Positions 15,573 through 26,570 are shown, counted from the stretch's first letter. The stretch is 64,000 nucleotides of DNA from an uncultured Candidatus Saccharibacteria bacterium (GCA_964348785.1 CAYGDO010000001.1:120369-184368); one strand, 5' to 3'. A program made the numbers and translations. The notes: generated by a model not told the origin, from the sequence alone.

Positions 15573-15747
15573 AAATTATTTAGGGTGAGGGAAGCACATG
15601 TACTGCCACTATACTACACTCGCAAAATTAAACGGGATTCTCAAAAATTATATTCGCATAACTCATTAATTTTTGGAAGAAGCACTTATTCTACCAATAT
15701 ATTTACCCTTTTAAAATTCATATTTTATTAGGGCCACACTCGCAAAA

Positions 15748-16140
15748 CTAAAAACCTAATTTAGATTTTACCTTAAACCACAAACCTGTTTCCTCTCCTT
15801 TTCCATCTTCAACCTGGTTAACATCGTTGACTTCTGTAAAAATAATAACTTCTTCACCTTCTTTTGCAACTGGAAATTTTTCCCTAATCTCCTTCTCGAT
15901 ACCAAAATCACTTTTATAAAAATTGGATTCTTTTTCTAAAACATATTTTCTAGAAGACAAAGATTGAAGATTTGCTTCAGTCTTTCTCAATTCACCAATA
16001 CTAGATAAAAAAGTCTTGAAAGCCTTTATATTAGAGAAAAACAATGGAAACACCAAGATACAAAGGAAAACAGCAACTGAAAACTTCAGCCAACTAAACC
16101 TTGATCGTAAACTATTTTTTAATAAAAAATTTTGCTTCAA
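15748..16140 (-). CDS. Septum formation initiator (FtsB/DivIC-like) protein
   Basis: 130 aa with an N-terminal TM and a coiled coil (LRKTEANLQSLSSRKYVLEKE). Confidence 0.5.
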   Translation of the reverse strand: MKQNFLLKNSLRSRFSWLKFSVAVFLCILVFPLFFSNIKAFKTFLSSIGELRKTEANLQSLSSRKYVLEKESNFYKSDFGIEKEIREKFPVAKEGEEVIIFTEVNDVNQVEDGKGEETGLWFKVKSKLGF

Positions 16141-16308
16141 CTACTAGATATTGTAATATAATTGATGTAAAATCTGAAACTTAAGGTATGTTTTTTAATA
16201 AGAAACACAAAAAAATAATAAATGTCCTCTGGGCAATAGCTTGCGTTTTGGTCATTTTGGGAATGGTGGTACTGTACTTTCCAGTATTTAATTACTAGGC
16301 AAAAGGAG

Positions 16309-18132
16309 TTATTCGCCAGTTTTCATCATTTTTATAAAAACCTCTTGGGGAATATTTACACTTCCCCTCTCTTTTAGTCTTTTCTTTCCTTCTTTTTGCT
16401 GTTGCCATAATTTCATTTTCCTGGTCCTATCTCCACCGTAAAGATAACCTGTAACATCTTTTTTAAGAGCTGGGAGCGTCCTTGATGAAATAATTCTGCC
16501 TATTGCTTGACCTTGGATTTTTACAGCAAACAACTGTCTAGGCAAAACATCATGAAGTTTTTCAACCATAGCTTTAGCTTCCTCTTCAACCCTCCTTCTT
16601 GAAACAATTTTTGTAAAGGCTGGTTCAATCTGATCAGCAACTAACAAATCAAGACGCACAACATCTCCCTCTTTATAATCCCCGATAGAATAAGACAAAG
16701 AAGCGTAACCAGAAGAAACACTCTTTAAATCATCAAAAAAATTTCGCATAAGTTCCCTAAGAGGTAAGTCCGCCTCTATCGAAGTTCGATTTTCTCCAAA
16801 ATTGCCAGTCTGATCAGCGTTTGCTTCGTGGTCATACAAAAGTTTCATTATGGCCCCTAAATAATCAGCGGGAGTAATAATTTTAATTCTAACCCAAGGT
16901 TCAAAAACCTTATCAACCATTCCATAATCTGGAAAAAGTGCAGGTGAGTAAATAATAATTTTCTTACCCTTTTTATCTACAATCTCATATCTAATAGACG
17001 GCGAGGTTATAATCAGCTTCAAACCAAATTCCCGATTTAAACGTTCCGTAATAATTTCTAAATGCAACATGCCTAAAAAACCACATCTAAAACCTCTTCC
17101 TAAAATGGATGATGATTCCTCCTCAAAAGTAAAAGCCGAGTCGGACAACCTCAATCGCTCAAGCGCTTGCCTCAACAAATTCCAGTCATCACCGCCAGTC
17201 TTGCCCACTAAACCTTGATTTTCCGGGTATAAAGATGCCCAAACAACAGGTTTAGGTGTCATATAGCCTGGAAGCTGTGGTAATGGTTTTTTAGACAAAG
17301 TAACGGTATCTCCAACAGAAGCTATACCTGGCCTTTTTATACCTGTAACAATATAACCAATTTCGCCAGCACTCAGTGTTTCAACTGGCGTCTGATCGGG
17401 TTTGAAAATACCTATCTCTATTGGATTTATCTTTTCTCCAACAGCATGAAGAAATAGCTGATCTCTTTTCGTCAATTTACCGTCTAAAACTCTTACGTAA
17501 ATTATAACTCCCGTATGATTGGAATATTGAAAATCAAAAACCAAACCTCTAAAAGAATCTGTTCCAACAAACTCTTCTTTGGGTGGCGGAACCCTTTTAA
17601 TAATTTCTTTTATAAGCAAATCAACATTTTCACCAGTTTTGCCAGAAACCCCAATAATTTCTTCCTTGCTACAACCAATAACTTTGGATATTTCCTCTTT
17701 TACTTCATCAACCATAGCTGTTGGCATATCAATTTTACTAACGACTGGAATAATCACGACCCCTGCCTCACGAGCCATATTTAAAGTAGTGAGAGTTTGA
17801 GCCTGAACACCTTGAGTGGCATCCACTAACAAAATTGACCCTTCTACCGCCTTTATAGCCCTTGATACTTCATAAGAGAAATCTATATGGCCAGGAGTGT
17901 CTATAAGGTTGAGCGTGTACATTTCCCCATCATGATTGTAATTCATTCTAACAGGGGTCATTTTTATTGTTATGCCCCGTTCACGTTCAAGCTCCATAGA
18001 ATCAAGCACCTGCTCCTGCATCTTCCTCTTCTCTATGGTTCCAGTAATTTCAAGCAATCTATCGGCAAGTGTAGATTTGCCGTGATCTATATGGGCTATT
18101 ATGGAAAAATTCCTTATATAAGAAAGGTTCAC
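16309..18132 (-). CDS. lepA: Elongation factor 4 (LepA)
   Basis: NFSIIAHIDHGKSTLADRLL, DSMELERERGITIK, and the LepA C-terminal domain. 607 aa. Confidence 0.95.
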   Translation of the reverse strand: MNLSYIRNFSIIAHIDHGKSTLADRLLEITGTIEKRKMQEQVLDSMELERERGITIKMTPVRMNYNHDGEMYTLNLIDTPGHIDFSYEVSRAIKAVEGSILLVDATQGVQAQTLTTLNMAREAGVVIIPVVSKIDMPTAMVDEVKEEISKVIGCSKEEIIGVSGKTGENVDLLIKEIIKRVPPPKEEFVGTDSFRGLVFDFQYSNHTGVIIYVRVLDGKLTKRDQLFLHAVGEKINPIEIGIFKPDQTPVETLSAGEIGYIVTGIKRPGIASVGDTVTLSKKPLPQLPGYMTPKPVVWASLYPENQGLVGKTGGDDWNLLRQALERLRLSDSAFTFEEESSSILGRGFRCGFLGMLHLEIITERLNREFGLKLIITSPSIRYEIVDKKGKKIIIYSPALFPDYGMVDKVFEPWVRIKIITPADYLGAIMKLLYDHEANADQTGNFGENRTSIEADLPLRELMRNFFDDLKSVSSGYASLSYSIGDYKEGDVVRLDLLVADQIEPAFTKIVSRRRVEEEAKAMVEKLHDVLPRQLFAVKIQGQAIGRIISSRTLPALKKDVTGYLYGGDRTRKMKLWQQQKEGKKRLKERGSVNIPQEVFIKMMKTGE

Positions 18133-18183
18133 TCCAACATAATACAGGAAAAACCCTTATGTTCAAATGACAAAATACTCCGA

Positions 18184-19875
18184 TTACAAACTCTGCCCTT
18201 CGACAAAATCAGAGCTAATAGTAGTAGGTTTTTTATGAAAAATCCTTTTTAATGACTGTATCGTTTCTTCTAAAATGCTACTTCTCAACAATTTCAAAAA
18301 GATAATCATTGTAAACAATCCTAAAAGTCCCGATAAAAATCCTTGAGCGAAGACTCCAAATGTCTTGTCTAAATTAAAGAAATTATCAAACAAATTTAAA
18401 GCTAAATATGTCACAAAGGCCCCAAATACTGAAGAACAAAAAGAATGAACAGTATTCGAAATCACATTTTTATCCCAACAAGGAATTTCTTTTTTAAATA
18501 AAAACCACAAAACAAAAACATTGAGTAAGGTTCCAAGTGTATAACCCAAAGGCAAGGTAATCATCTTAATACCCTCTAAATCAGAAATTCTTAACAAACT
18601 GCCAAGGAAAGACTCAACAAATAATGAGTGCTCAAAGATTTTCAAAAATAAAAATACAAAAACTGGAATCAGGATAGCACTTGAGACGTTTGTAAAAAGA
18701 GGAATGTAAGTTTTACCTCTAGCGTAATAAGCCCTGGTCAAGAGAATGCTCACACCTTGAGCAACAATAGACACCGAAAAAATAGCGAGCGTAGCAGCGG
18801 TCAGTCTGGTATCGTTCCAATCAAAATTACCAGAACCCAAAACAACTCTAACAATTTGGGCTCGTAAAACAATAAAAAGAGTTAAAAAGGGCATTGACCA
18901 AAAAATAATGTGGTTGATTGATGAACGTAATAATTCCAAAAATTTTAATTCATTTTTATCTTTAAAAAGTCTAGAAAGAGTTGGAAAAGCGGCCATTGAA
19001 TAACTAGCTCCAACTATAGCTAAAGGTACAGACTGCAAATTCCAGCCAAAATTAAAAACAGCAATTGCCCCAAAACCGATAGATGAAGCGATCGAAATTA
19101 AAACTATGGTTGATAAATTATTAGCTGACAAAGCTATGGTCCTTGGCAATGACAATCTAAACACTCGAAACACCTCAGCAAAATTAATTTTAGTAGTTAT
19201 TTTTGGCACCAAACCAATAGTAAATAAAGCTGGAAGTTGAACGAGAAAATGAAGAACCGCCCCAAGAACAATCCCCCACGCCAAACCCCAATCCCCTAAA
19301 CGGGGATAGAGAAAAATAATCCCAATAATAATGCCTAAATTGTAAAGTAGCGGTGACAATGCATAAACAAAAAATCGTCCTTTTGACTGTAAAATGCCAG
19401 AAACAAAATTGGATAATCCTAAAAATATAGGTTGCAAAAGCATGACTTTCGTAAATAAAATTGCATGTACGCCTCTTTGATCTAAGAAAAAATCCGGAAA
19501 CAAAAAAGAAACAATGTTTGGAGTCAGAAAAAAAATAATTAAACTACAGAGAAATAACAAAAAGAAAAAAACGGTAAAAATTGAGCTTAGAAATTTTTTT
19601 ACATCATCCTTACTTAAATTTTCCTTTTCAATGATGAAAGGAATGATTATAGACGCAGACACCAAAGAAGCTAGAGACACAAAAATCGTATCGGGTATTT
19701 TAAAAGAAGCATAATAAACATCAAGAAGTGGTCCAGTCCCAAAACTACCAGCCAAAATCCTATCCCTCAATATGGCAAGAATTTGAGATAAAAAAGTAAA
19801 AAAAGCTAAAAGATAGGCTATCTCGTGAAGACCGCCTATCTCTTTAGTCATTAGGGCAATAGCTTTTTTAACCAT
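18184..19875 (-). CDS. murJ: Lipid II flippase MurJ (MviN)
   Basis: 563 aa with about 14 TM helices and a MurJ-like N-terminus (AILRDRILAGSFGTGPLLDVYYASFKIPD). Confidence 0.9.
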   Translation of the reverse strand: MVKKAIALMTKEIGGLHEIAYLLAFFTFLSQILAILRDRILAGSFGTGPLLDVYYASFKIPDTIFVSLASLVSASIIIPFIIEKENLSKDDVKKFLSSIFTVFFFLLFLCSLIIFFLTPNIVSFLFPDFFLDQRGVHAILFTKVMLLQPIFLGLSNFVSGILQSKGRFFVYALSPLLYNLGIIIGIIFLYPRLGDWGLAWGIVLGAVLHFLVQLPALFTIGLVPKITTKINFAEVFRVFRLSLPRTIALSANNLSTIVLISIASSIGFGAIAVFNFGWNLQSVPLAIVGASYSMAAFPTLSRLFKDKNELKFLELLRSSINHIIFWSMPFLTLFIVLRAQIVRVVLGSGNFDWNDTRLTAATLAIFSVSIVAQGVSILLTRAYYARGKTYIPLFTNVSSAILIPVFVFLFLKIFEHSLFVESFLGSLLRISDLEGIKMITLPLGYTLGTLLNVFVLWFLFKKEIPCWDKNVISNTVHSFCSSVFGAFVTYLALNLFDNFFNLDKTFGVFAQGFLSGLLGLFTMIIFLKLLRSSILEETIQSLKRIFHKKPTTISSDFVEGQSL

Positions 19876-19889
19876 TTCCTCCTTTATTT

Positions 19890-22331
19890 TTATAAACCAG
19901 ACTCCCCATCCTCTTTCAAGGGTAAATTGCTTCTTTTAGCCGGCTGTTTATCCTTAACATTACTAAAAGGATCACGCCCAGCTTTTATATTTGAGAGAAT
20001 TGATTTCACTTCCTGACTATCGGGATTAAGAGTTTGTATCTGCTCAAATTGAGCGATGGCTTCCTTATTTCTGTTCAACTTTTCATAAGATAAACCAAGA
20101 AAATATTTGGCGTTAGAATAAACATTGTTTAAAGCCACCGCCTTTTCAAAAGCCACAACCGATCCTTTATAATCCTTGCTGTCAAACTTCAACAAACCAA
20201 GCTGAAAGAACGCCACCGGATCATTAGGAGAGAGCAAGGTGGCAGATTCTGCTGACTGTATGGCCTCCTTTGTATTCCCTTCTGAAGACTCAATTTGGGA
20301 CAAAAGAAACACTGCTTCGGTGTAATTTGGCTTCTTTGATAAAGCCATAGAAATTTGCTCCCTAGCCTTATCATTTTTCTTTGCAAGAACTTCTAAACGG
20401 GCCAACAAAAGGTGTACCCCAGGATTTTGAGGATTTAACGTAAGAGCGTTTTGAAAAGAACCGCTAGCTAATTGATAGGCATCTTTTATACCGTATTGAT
20501 AAACAACTCCGTACAAATTAGCCAAAGTTATATGATTCTCATAATTTGAGGAGTCAATATCAATAGATCTTTTAGCACTAGCTATAGTATTTGCCAAAAC
20601 ACTCTGAAATTGCTCTCGAAGTAATTCCAAATCTTCAGTAGAATTTTTAACTTCCGCTGTAGCAAGAATATTATTTATTCTAACCATGCCTATTTCAGTT
20701 AACGCTCTATAAAAAACATCCTGCTCATTCATACCTATTGCTCTGCTAACATAAGTTTCAGCGACATCAAGATTGCCAGTTGTTCTAAACTCCAAAAGCC
20801 CTTTTTGAAAAAGTAAATTAGCAGAATATCTTTTAACCAAAACAAAGCCCACCAAAACACAACTAACAGACAACACTATTATCAAAAACACCGCAACAAA
20901 ACTTTTTTTAGAATCACCTCTAAACTTAAACACAGTCACAGTTCCCTCTCCTAAATTAACGCAGGTGGCCAAAAATAATCCGGTAACCAAAAATGTTAGA
21001 TAAAAAACGGTGTTACTTGGCACATAAATAAAGTTCATTATCCACAAATACAAGGCGCTGACAAAGGAAGATAAGAGCAAGAATCTCTGATCCCAACCCG
21101 TTGATTCTTTAAATAAAAACTTTATACCAGTTTTTAGAAAGAAAAACAGGAACAAAATCCAAGCAATCAAACCTAAAATACCTGTAGTAACCAAATATGT
21201 TGGAATTAAACCGAAACCATAATTAAAATCCGTGTTCCAAAAAATACTTTGGTTTATAACTGGATCTTTATACAAAAGCCATTCATTAGTAAATCTATTT
21301 GGACCGGACCCAAGCAACAAATTTTGACCCAAACTCTTTGAAGCAACGGACAGAGTAGCTTTTAAATTAGGCCTAACTTCTAATTGGGAGATATTTAATT
21401 TATTAGCTATAAAATTTCCAAAATAAGAACCGAAAATTACAAACAGTGCACAAATTACAACACTAATCGTTGAAAAAATAGGAAATCTTTTTTTCGAAGA
21501 GGAAACCTCTTGATCCCCGTCTCCCTCTTCTTCCACAGCGTCATGTGATTTATTTCTAGAAAAAGAAAAAATGTAAACACCTATAGCTAAAGAAAACAGC
21601 CCGAGTACCGTCCAAGCCAGAGAAAAATTAACTATCACCATCAAAGCCAGAGAAAGGCCGAACACTGAGTAAGTAACAATTTTTAATAATTTAGAAAGGT
21701 GTAAAAATTCACCTGCAATTATGGAGAACAGGGCAACCAAACCAAACACTATTCCCAAGTCATACCATTTTCCAATTAAATTTGACGTGGTACTTTGGAA
21801 AACTCCAAAAGATAAAAAGTCAGCCCCAAAAATTAATCTTGATATCTGATATATGGCAACCAAAGCAAAAGATAAAACTAGAGCAAGATAAGCATAAAAA
21901 ACTTTATCCTTAGTATTAAAATAAAAAGGAACTATCCATATAGTCAAAACACCAACTATGAGTGATATGGTCGTACCGACTTCAAAACCTTGACCAAAAA
22001 ATGAAGCAGAAAAATTACCAGAAGCCAAAGAAGACAAAAAGGCCGAGAAAGCCACAGCAAGAGAAGCCCACAGAAAATGACTTTTCTGAAAAACAACTTC
22101 ACCCTTTTTCAGACTGGACACCAACCAAACCAAAGTAGCCAATATAATCACTAAAGCAAATAATATTTGCTTATTAAATAAAAAATTAGAATATTGAATA
22201 GGTAAATTAAAAATAGGCAAAAGGAACGAGACCAGTAACATTAACCAAAAAACTAATCTTGGGAATAAACCCTCACCTTTTAAACCGACACTATTCTCAG
22301 CGATTTCTTCATTGATTTTAATATCTTGCAT
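19890..22331 (-). CDS. O-antigen ligase/polymerase-like integral membrane protein with C-terminal TPR repeats
   Basis: 813 aa. The N-terminal two-thirds is poly-topic membrane. The C-terminal third has several TPR-like repeats (AYQLASGSFQNALTLNPQN..., AVALNNVYSNAKYFLGLSY...). Confidence 0.55.
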   Translation of the reverse strand: MQDIKINEEIAENSVGLKGEGLFPRLVFWLMLLVSFLLPIFNLPIQYSNFLFNKQILFALVIILATLVWLVSSLKKGEVVFQKSHFLWASLAVAFSAFLSSLASGNFSASFFGQGFEVGTTISLIVGVLTIWIVPFYFNTKDKVFYAYLALVLSFALVAIYQISRLIFGADFLSFGVFQSTTSNLIGKWYDLGIVFGLVALFSIIAGEFLHLSKLLKIVTYSVFGLSLALMVIVNFSLAWTVLGLFSLAIGVYIFSFSRNKSHDAVEEEGDGDQEVSSSKKRFPIFSTISVVICALFVIFGSYFGNFIANKLNISQLEVRPNLKATLSVASKSLGQNLLLGSGPNRFTNEWLLYKDPVINQSIFWNTDFNYGFGLIPTYLVTTGILGLIAWILFLFFFLKTGIKFLFKESTGWDQRFLLLSSFVSALYLWIMNFIYVPSNTVFYLTFLVTGLFLATCVNLGEGTVTVFKFRGDSKKSFVAVFLIIVLSVSCVLVGFVLVKRYSANLLFQKGLLEFRTTGNLDVAETYVSRAIGMNEQDVFYRALTEIGMVRINNILATAEVKNSTEDLELLREQFQSVLANTIASAKRSIDIDSSNYENHITLANLYGVVYQYGIKDAYQLASGSFQNALTLNPQNPGVHLLLARLEVLAKKNDKAREQISMALSKKPNYTEAVFLLSQIESSEGNTKEAIQSAESATLLSPNDPVAFFQLGLLKFDSKDYKGSVVAFEKAVALNNVYSNAKYFLGLSYEKLNRNKEAIAQFEQIQTLNPDSQEVKSILSNIKAGRDPFSNVKDKQPAKRSNLPLKEDGESGL

Positions 22332-22402
22332 TTTAACAATCTAATTTATTTTAATGCATAAATTATAAGGCCTTTAGGTACAATTCTACAAGGATTAATT
22401 GT

Positions 22403-22431
22403 TTGCAAAAGACCTATTTTTATGTTAGAAT
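22403..22431 (+). promoter_or_regulatory. Promoter of rnpB (TTGCAA-17-TAGAAT)
   Basis: The -35 and -10 hexamers sit at the expected distance upstream of the RNase P RNA 5' end. Confidence 0.5.
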
Positions 22432-22444
22432 TTAAATAGTGTGT

Positions 22445-22812
22445 CACACGATTGCTCTAATATTTTTATTAGAGAGGAAAGTCCGAACACAGAACCAATT
22501 TTATTTGCCTCAGGTAATTTAAAATTGGTAAAGGTAGCGGGTAACCCCCGTCATGTGGCCCTTGATTGGACCCAAGAGGTGCGAACAGAAACGCTTCAAA
22601 GTGAAAACTAAGAAGCTCCGGTCAAACGGAGAGTTCCTACAAAGTAGGAAATGAAACGGCTAAATCCTTACCCCTGTGCAAGGCCGTGTCCAACCGTAAT
22701 TTTTGATTAGATTACAACTAATAATAAACTGATTTTTTGTAATCAAAAATTACGGTTGGAAGTGCCGCTAGAGGTAGAAGGCAACTTCTATCCCAGATAA
22801 ATAATCGTGAAC
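22445..22812 (+). ncRNA. rnpB: RNase P RNA (bacterial)
   Basis: Conserved GAGGAAAGTCCGAACACAGAA, GGTAAAGGTAGCGGGTAACC..., ACAGAAACGC. P1 pairing cacgatt/aatcgtg. Contains a 19-bp perfect hairpin expansion at 22690-22759. Confidence 0.85.
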
Positions 22813-22867
22813 TGATATAAACATGAAAATGAATATATCAGTACAAAATTCGGCTTACAAACACACA

Positions 22868-22920
22868 CAATCAATCAAAAAACACTGCCTAAAGCAGTGT
22901 TTTTTGATTGATTGTTTTTT
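22868..22920. terminator. Bidirectional terminator (21-bp perfect stem) between rnpB and the RNR gene
   Basis: caatcaatcaaaaaacactgc CTAAA gcagtgttttttgattgattg followed by a T6 run. Confidence 0.7.
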
Positions 22921-22927
22921 TAAAAAA

Positions 22928-25273
22928 CTAGACGGCTACCTCACAAACACCCGCAGCACAAGCAAGTTCTTTTTTGACCTCTGTCTCATCTTGCTTTTCA
23001 TATGTAATAATTTTTGAATAATCAATATGTTCAAATCTTTTTACCATTTCCATATAAGTCTTTTCATCAATCGCCTCATAAGGTGCCAACTTATAGACAT
23101 GCTTCTCTCTTGGTAAAAATGAAAGTCCTCCGATCATTTCCCAATTGCTGTAAACCCAATTGGCAACAGCAATCCATTCATCGTCCCCAACAGAAACAGT
23201 AACCGAAGGATTATGCTCAGTGTAATTTTTCTTTACCAATTTCCAATACTCTAATTGCTCTATGGCAGACAAATCATCACGATAGATAGAACCGCCTGGA
23301 GCTTTGACTGGAAATTCCAAAACGTAAGTGGTTGCACTCTCTGGATTTTGACCCACTTCTGGGTTAAAAGGCACTCCCTGATCCTTTAACATTTTAAACA
23401 AAGAATCTGTGGCCCCAATACGAACACGGCGAATATAATAAGGGGCGTGACGAGCATGCATACCGCTTGAACAATCAACCATCTGTGACAAAGTTCCAGA
23501 AGGTTTTACACATGTAATGGCTGAAGATTCTGACACGCCTAAACGTTTAGCATAAATCTTATTTACTCTAATCGCTTCCAATCTCAACTTGTTCAAAACT
23601 TCTGGTTTTCTCAATTCAGGACTATCCCACTGCCCTGTAATAGAAACCCCGAGCAATCTTTCTTTTTCACAGTGTTCTTTCCACTGTTTTGAAAGATAAG
23701 GGAAATTTGTAAGAGAAGATTGATAAGTGCCTACAATGGTAGCCAATCTAATTTTTCTCTTCAATGAATCAAGGGTGTCCTCTTTTCTAGCCACAACTTC
23801 TGATAAATTACAAAATTGTTTTGATTGAAGAATAATTTCTCCACAAGGATTAGTACCGATTGAACCAGTGATCTTTGTACCAGTGGCATCAAAAAAATCT
23901 CTCAAAATTTTCAATCTTCTTTCTGGTAATTGTTTTGCTAATGATCCTCTGTTAAAAATTCCTCTTTCACCTGATCCGGAATTCATAAGAGCGGTCCATT
24001 CATTCAAAAATTCAACATTTGAAGGCTTATCAATATAAACAGCGGAATTATTTGCCAACATTCTTTGGGGTTCGTTGGTATAAAATTGCCCCTTCTTTGA
24101 GTCACGAATCTGTTCATCGTCAAAATCAGAAAGAGAAATCATAGCGCTCCTTCTTACACCTCCAGCCACCACACAATCACCAACCATACAAATCATATCG
24201 TGAACATCAAGATTAGAAAGTCTTCTACCTTGCTTTGCCAACATTTTTTGTCTAGTTGAATCAAGCAATCTTCGAAGAGGTTCTGGACCAGACGCTTTAC
24301 CGCCCATTACTTTCAAACGAGCGCCTGCTGGTCTTATTTGCGAATAATCAAATTGAACATCCGCACCATTTGCCCAAGTTTCCATGCCCAAAATAAAAGC
24401 GTCACACCAACCCTCCTTGCTATCTGGAATCAAAAAAACTTCTGGTTTCTTACCATTCTGCATTTTTATCTGAGGTAATTTTTGAACATTCTGACTTTCC
24501 ACACTCCACCCCGCACCAGTTCCACACATAGAGATATACATTATCTCCGCTATATCTCTAAAAGATTCTGGAGCGATGTAAGAACAGTTATAAGCACAAA
24601 CATTTGTTACTCTTGCAGCATTACCAGAAAACTGAAGAAGCCTCATTGAAGGCATAGCTTCCATATTCAATATTCCCTCTCTAACTTCTTTATATTCTGA
24701 CTCTTTTAATTTTTTTCCTAAATTTTCTCTCATAAAGGAAACATACCTATCAACCGTCTCAATCCATGTTTCTCTTCTACCTTCCTCAGCAATCCAACGA
24801 GAATATGTTCTGTAGTAAATAAACTCTCCTAGAGGATTTTTAAAATACTGCTTGCTGTCAGTGGCCATTTTTCTCACTTTTTCTGGCACCATCATTCCTT
24901 TTTCACGAAGTTTGGCCCTTCTTTCTCTATATAAAATATAGGATTTAGCGGTTTTAACATATCCTGACAAAATCAACTCTGATTCAACAGAATCTTGAAT
25001 GCCTTCAACGGTCGGTACAAAATTTTTATGATGTTTTGCCACTCTTACTAGTTCAGCTAACACCTTGTTGGCCACCAATCCCGCCTCTTCTTCACTTCCT
25101 TCCTTAGTTTGAATCATCGCTTTGTATATTGCAGTCTTAACCCTAGCAATATCAAACTCGACAACCGAGCCATCTCTTTTCAAGACCTTTTTTACAAAAC
25201 TACTAACCTTTGAACTTTTTTCATCCTTTCCCATATTTTTTCTGAAAAATATTTTTAATGTTGTTAAATACAA
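22928..25273 (-). CDS. nrdJ: Ribonucleotide reductase, class II-like, with an N-terminal ATP-cone
   Basis: ATP-cone (VLKRDGSVVEFDIARVKTAIYKAM), active-site NPCGEI, and a C-terminal Cys pair (CAAGVCE). 781 aa. The start may instead be an internal Met (MGKDEK). Confidence 0.8.
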   Translation of the reverse strand: MYLTTLKIFFRKNMGKDEKSSKVSSFVKKVLKRDGSVVEFDIARVKTAIYKAMIQTKEGSEEEAGLVANKVLAELVRVAKHHKNFVPTVEGIQDSVESELILSGYVKTAKSYILYRERRAKLREKGMMVPEKVRKMATDSKQYFKNPLGEFIYYRTYSRWIAEEGRRETWIETVDRYVSFMRENLGKKLKESEYKEVREGILNMEAMPSMRLLQFSGNAARVTNVCAYNCSYIAPESFRDIAEIMYISMCGTGAGWSVESQNVQKLPQIKMQNGKKPEVFLIPDSKEGWCDAFILGMETWANGADVQFDYSQIRPAGARLKVMGGKASGPEPLRRLLDSTRQKMLAKQGRRLSNLDVHDMICMVGDCVVAGGVRRSAMISLSDFDDEQIRDSKKGQFYTNEPQRMLANNSAVYIDKPSNVEFLNEWTALMNSGSGERGIFNRGSLAKQLPERRLKILRDFFDATGTKITGSIGTNPCGEIILQSKQFCNLSEVVARKEDTLDSLKRKIRLATIVGTYQSSLTNFPYLSKQWKEHCEKERLLGVSITGQWDSPELRKPEVLNKLRLEAIRVNKIYAKRLGVSESSAITCVKPSGTLSQMVDCSSGMHARHAPYYIRRVRIGATDSLFKMLKDQGVPFNPEVGQNPESATTYVLEFPVKAPGGSIYRDDLSAIEQLEYWKLVKKNYTEHNPSVTVSVGDDEWIAVANWVYSNWEMIGGLSFLPREKHVYKLAPYEAIDEKTYMEMVKRFEHIDYSKIITYEKQDETEVKKELACAAGVCEVAV

Positions 25274-25396
25274 TTTTACATCAGTTAAGTTGAAGTGGGA
25301 AAGATTTTATCCATTTTTTACGAACTTAAAAATAAAAAAAAAGAGGTGTAAACCCCGACCCCAATTTGTTTTTGAAAAACCTCACTATTTGAGGAT

Positions 25397-25846
25397 TTAA
25401 GGTAAGAAAAAAACCTCATCATTGATTTTGGCTTTTGTCTTTTTAACGCTATCAACAGACATTTCTACGACATAAAGGGCTTTTAAATCAGGATAAAAAA
25501 CTTCTGGGAAAGTTTCAGGCTTTAAATTCTCTTTGATAAAGATAATTTTTTTATTTTTATCTAACCAAACTACGTCAATCGGAAAATTCATATCTTTCAT
25601 CCAAATCCCCCAGAAATCCTCCTTATCGAACACAAAAACCATGGCGTTTTTATCCTCAATATGACTTCTGCCTGACAAGCCTAAAGCCAAATCCTCCTGT
25701 TTTCTAACAACCTCAACATCAAAAATCTCTCCGTTTATAGAAATTCTGGAAAAGTCTTTATTTTCAACACCAAAATAAGAGACATAGCCAAAAAAGATGC
25801 TAAGTACAACCACAATGACTATTAAAAAAACAAAAATATTTTTCAT
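25397..25846 (-). CDS. DUF192 (COG1430) family protein, secreted or membrane-anchored
   Basis: 149 aa with an N-terminal TM/signal. DUF192-like core ...PIDVVWLDKNKKII.... Confidence 0.6.
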   Translation of the reverse strand: MKNIFVFLIVIVVVLSIFFGYVSYFGVENKDFSRISINGEIFDVEVVRKQEDLALGLSGRSHIEDKNAMVFVFDKEDFWGIWMKDMNFPIDVVWLDKNKKIIFIKENLKPETFPEVFYPDLKALYVVEMSVDSVKKTKAKINDEVFFLP

Positions 25847-25847
25847 A

Positions 25848-26570
25848 TCATATTTGACCTAAAAGATATCTCTTTCGTTTATCTTCTTTAAATCTCTCTA
25901 TCGCATAACGAAGCATAGTCCTTGGCATAATTTTATAATGTTTTTTCAAAAAAACTTCCTCAATATTTTCACCACATCTCTTCCCGACCTCTCTCAACAT
26001 CCAACCAACTGCTTTATGCATCAAATCTTCACCATCTCCCAAAAGCTGGCGAGCAATTCTCAAAGTCAAATCAGATTGCCCCTTTTTAATAAAATGAAAG
26101 GTGGCAACTATGGACATCCTCCTCTCCCAAATTAATTTTGACCCTGAAAGATCAAACAAAAAATTATTTCCCGCCAATTCAGCATAAGGGCCTAAAATTT
26201 TATAAGCCGACACATCAACCAAATCCCAGTTATTTATAAATTTAGAATTTTTTAGATAAAACTCTGCAATTTCTTTTTTACACAATTCGTCAGACTTTTT
26301 AAATTTATTTACCAAAATCCTAACCCCAAGCATTCTTTCTTCATGATACTTACCTTTTAATAACCTCAAAACCTCCCCTAGAGATAAATCCTTAAATTTT
26401 TCAGAGATATTTTGTATTTGAGACGAAGATAAACCCAAAAACTTATCACCTTCACCATATTCCCCTTTTCCGGTCTTAAAAAACCATTTGTAAACCTTGG
26501 CCTTTTCCTTGTTTTCTAATTTTTTTAAACTAGAAATTGCATTTTTAAAATTAAATTCTTTAGAAACCAT
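25848..26570 (-). CDS. DNA alkylation repair enzyme (AlkD/AlkC HEAT-repeat family)
   Basis: 240 aa with WDLVD and AVGWMLREVGKR motifs typical of PF08713. Confidence 0.8.
   Translation of the reverse strand: MVSKEFNFKNAISSLKKLENKEKAKVYKWFFKTGKGEYGEGDKFLGLSSSQIQNISEKFKDLSLGEVLRLLKGKYHEERMLGVRILVNKFKKSDELCKKEIAEFYLKNSKFINNWDLVDVSAYKILGPYAELAGNNFLFDLSGSKLIWERRMSIVATFHFIKKGQSDLTLRIARQLLGDGEDLMHKAVGWMLREVGKRCGENIEEVFLKKHYKIMPRTMLRYAIERFKEDKRKRYLLGQI

Noticed and set aside
15359-15731. Plus-strand ORFs 15359-15583 and 15489-15731 overlapping the tRNA-Gly region.
   Set aside because: They overlap a tRNA gene and tRNA-derived repeats. They are low-complexity and most likely non-coding.
25274-25396. 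Looked for NrdR boxes or a cobalamin riboswitch upstream of the class II RNR gene.
   Set aside because: No convincing tandem 16-bp NrdR palindromes, or B12-box, could be recognized by eye. Only a small hairpin (cctcactatttgagg) was seen.
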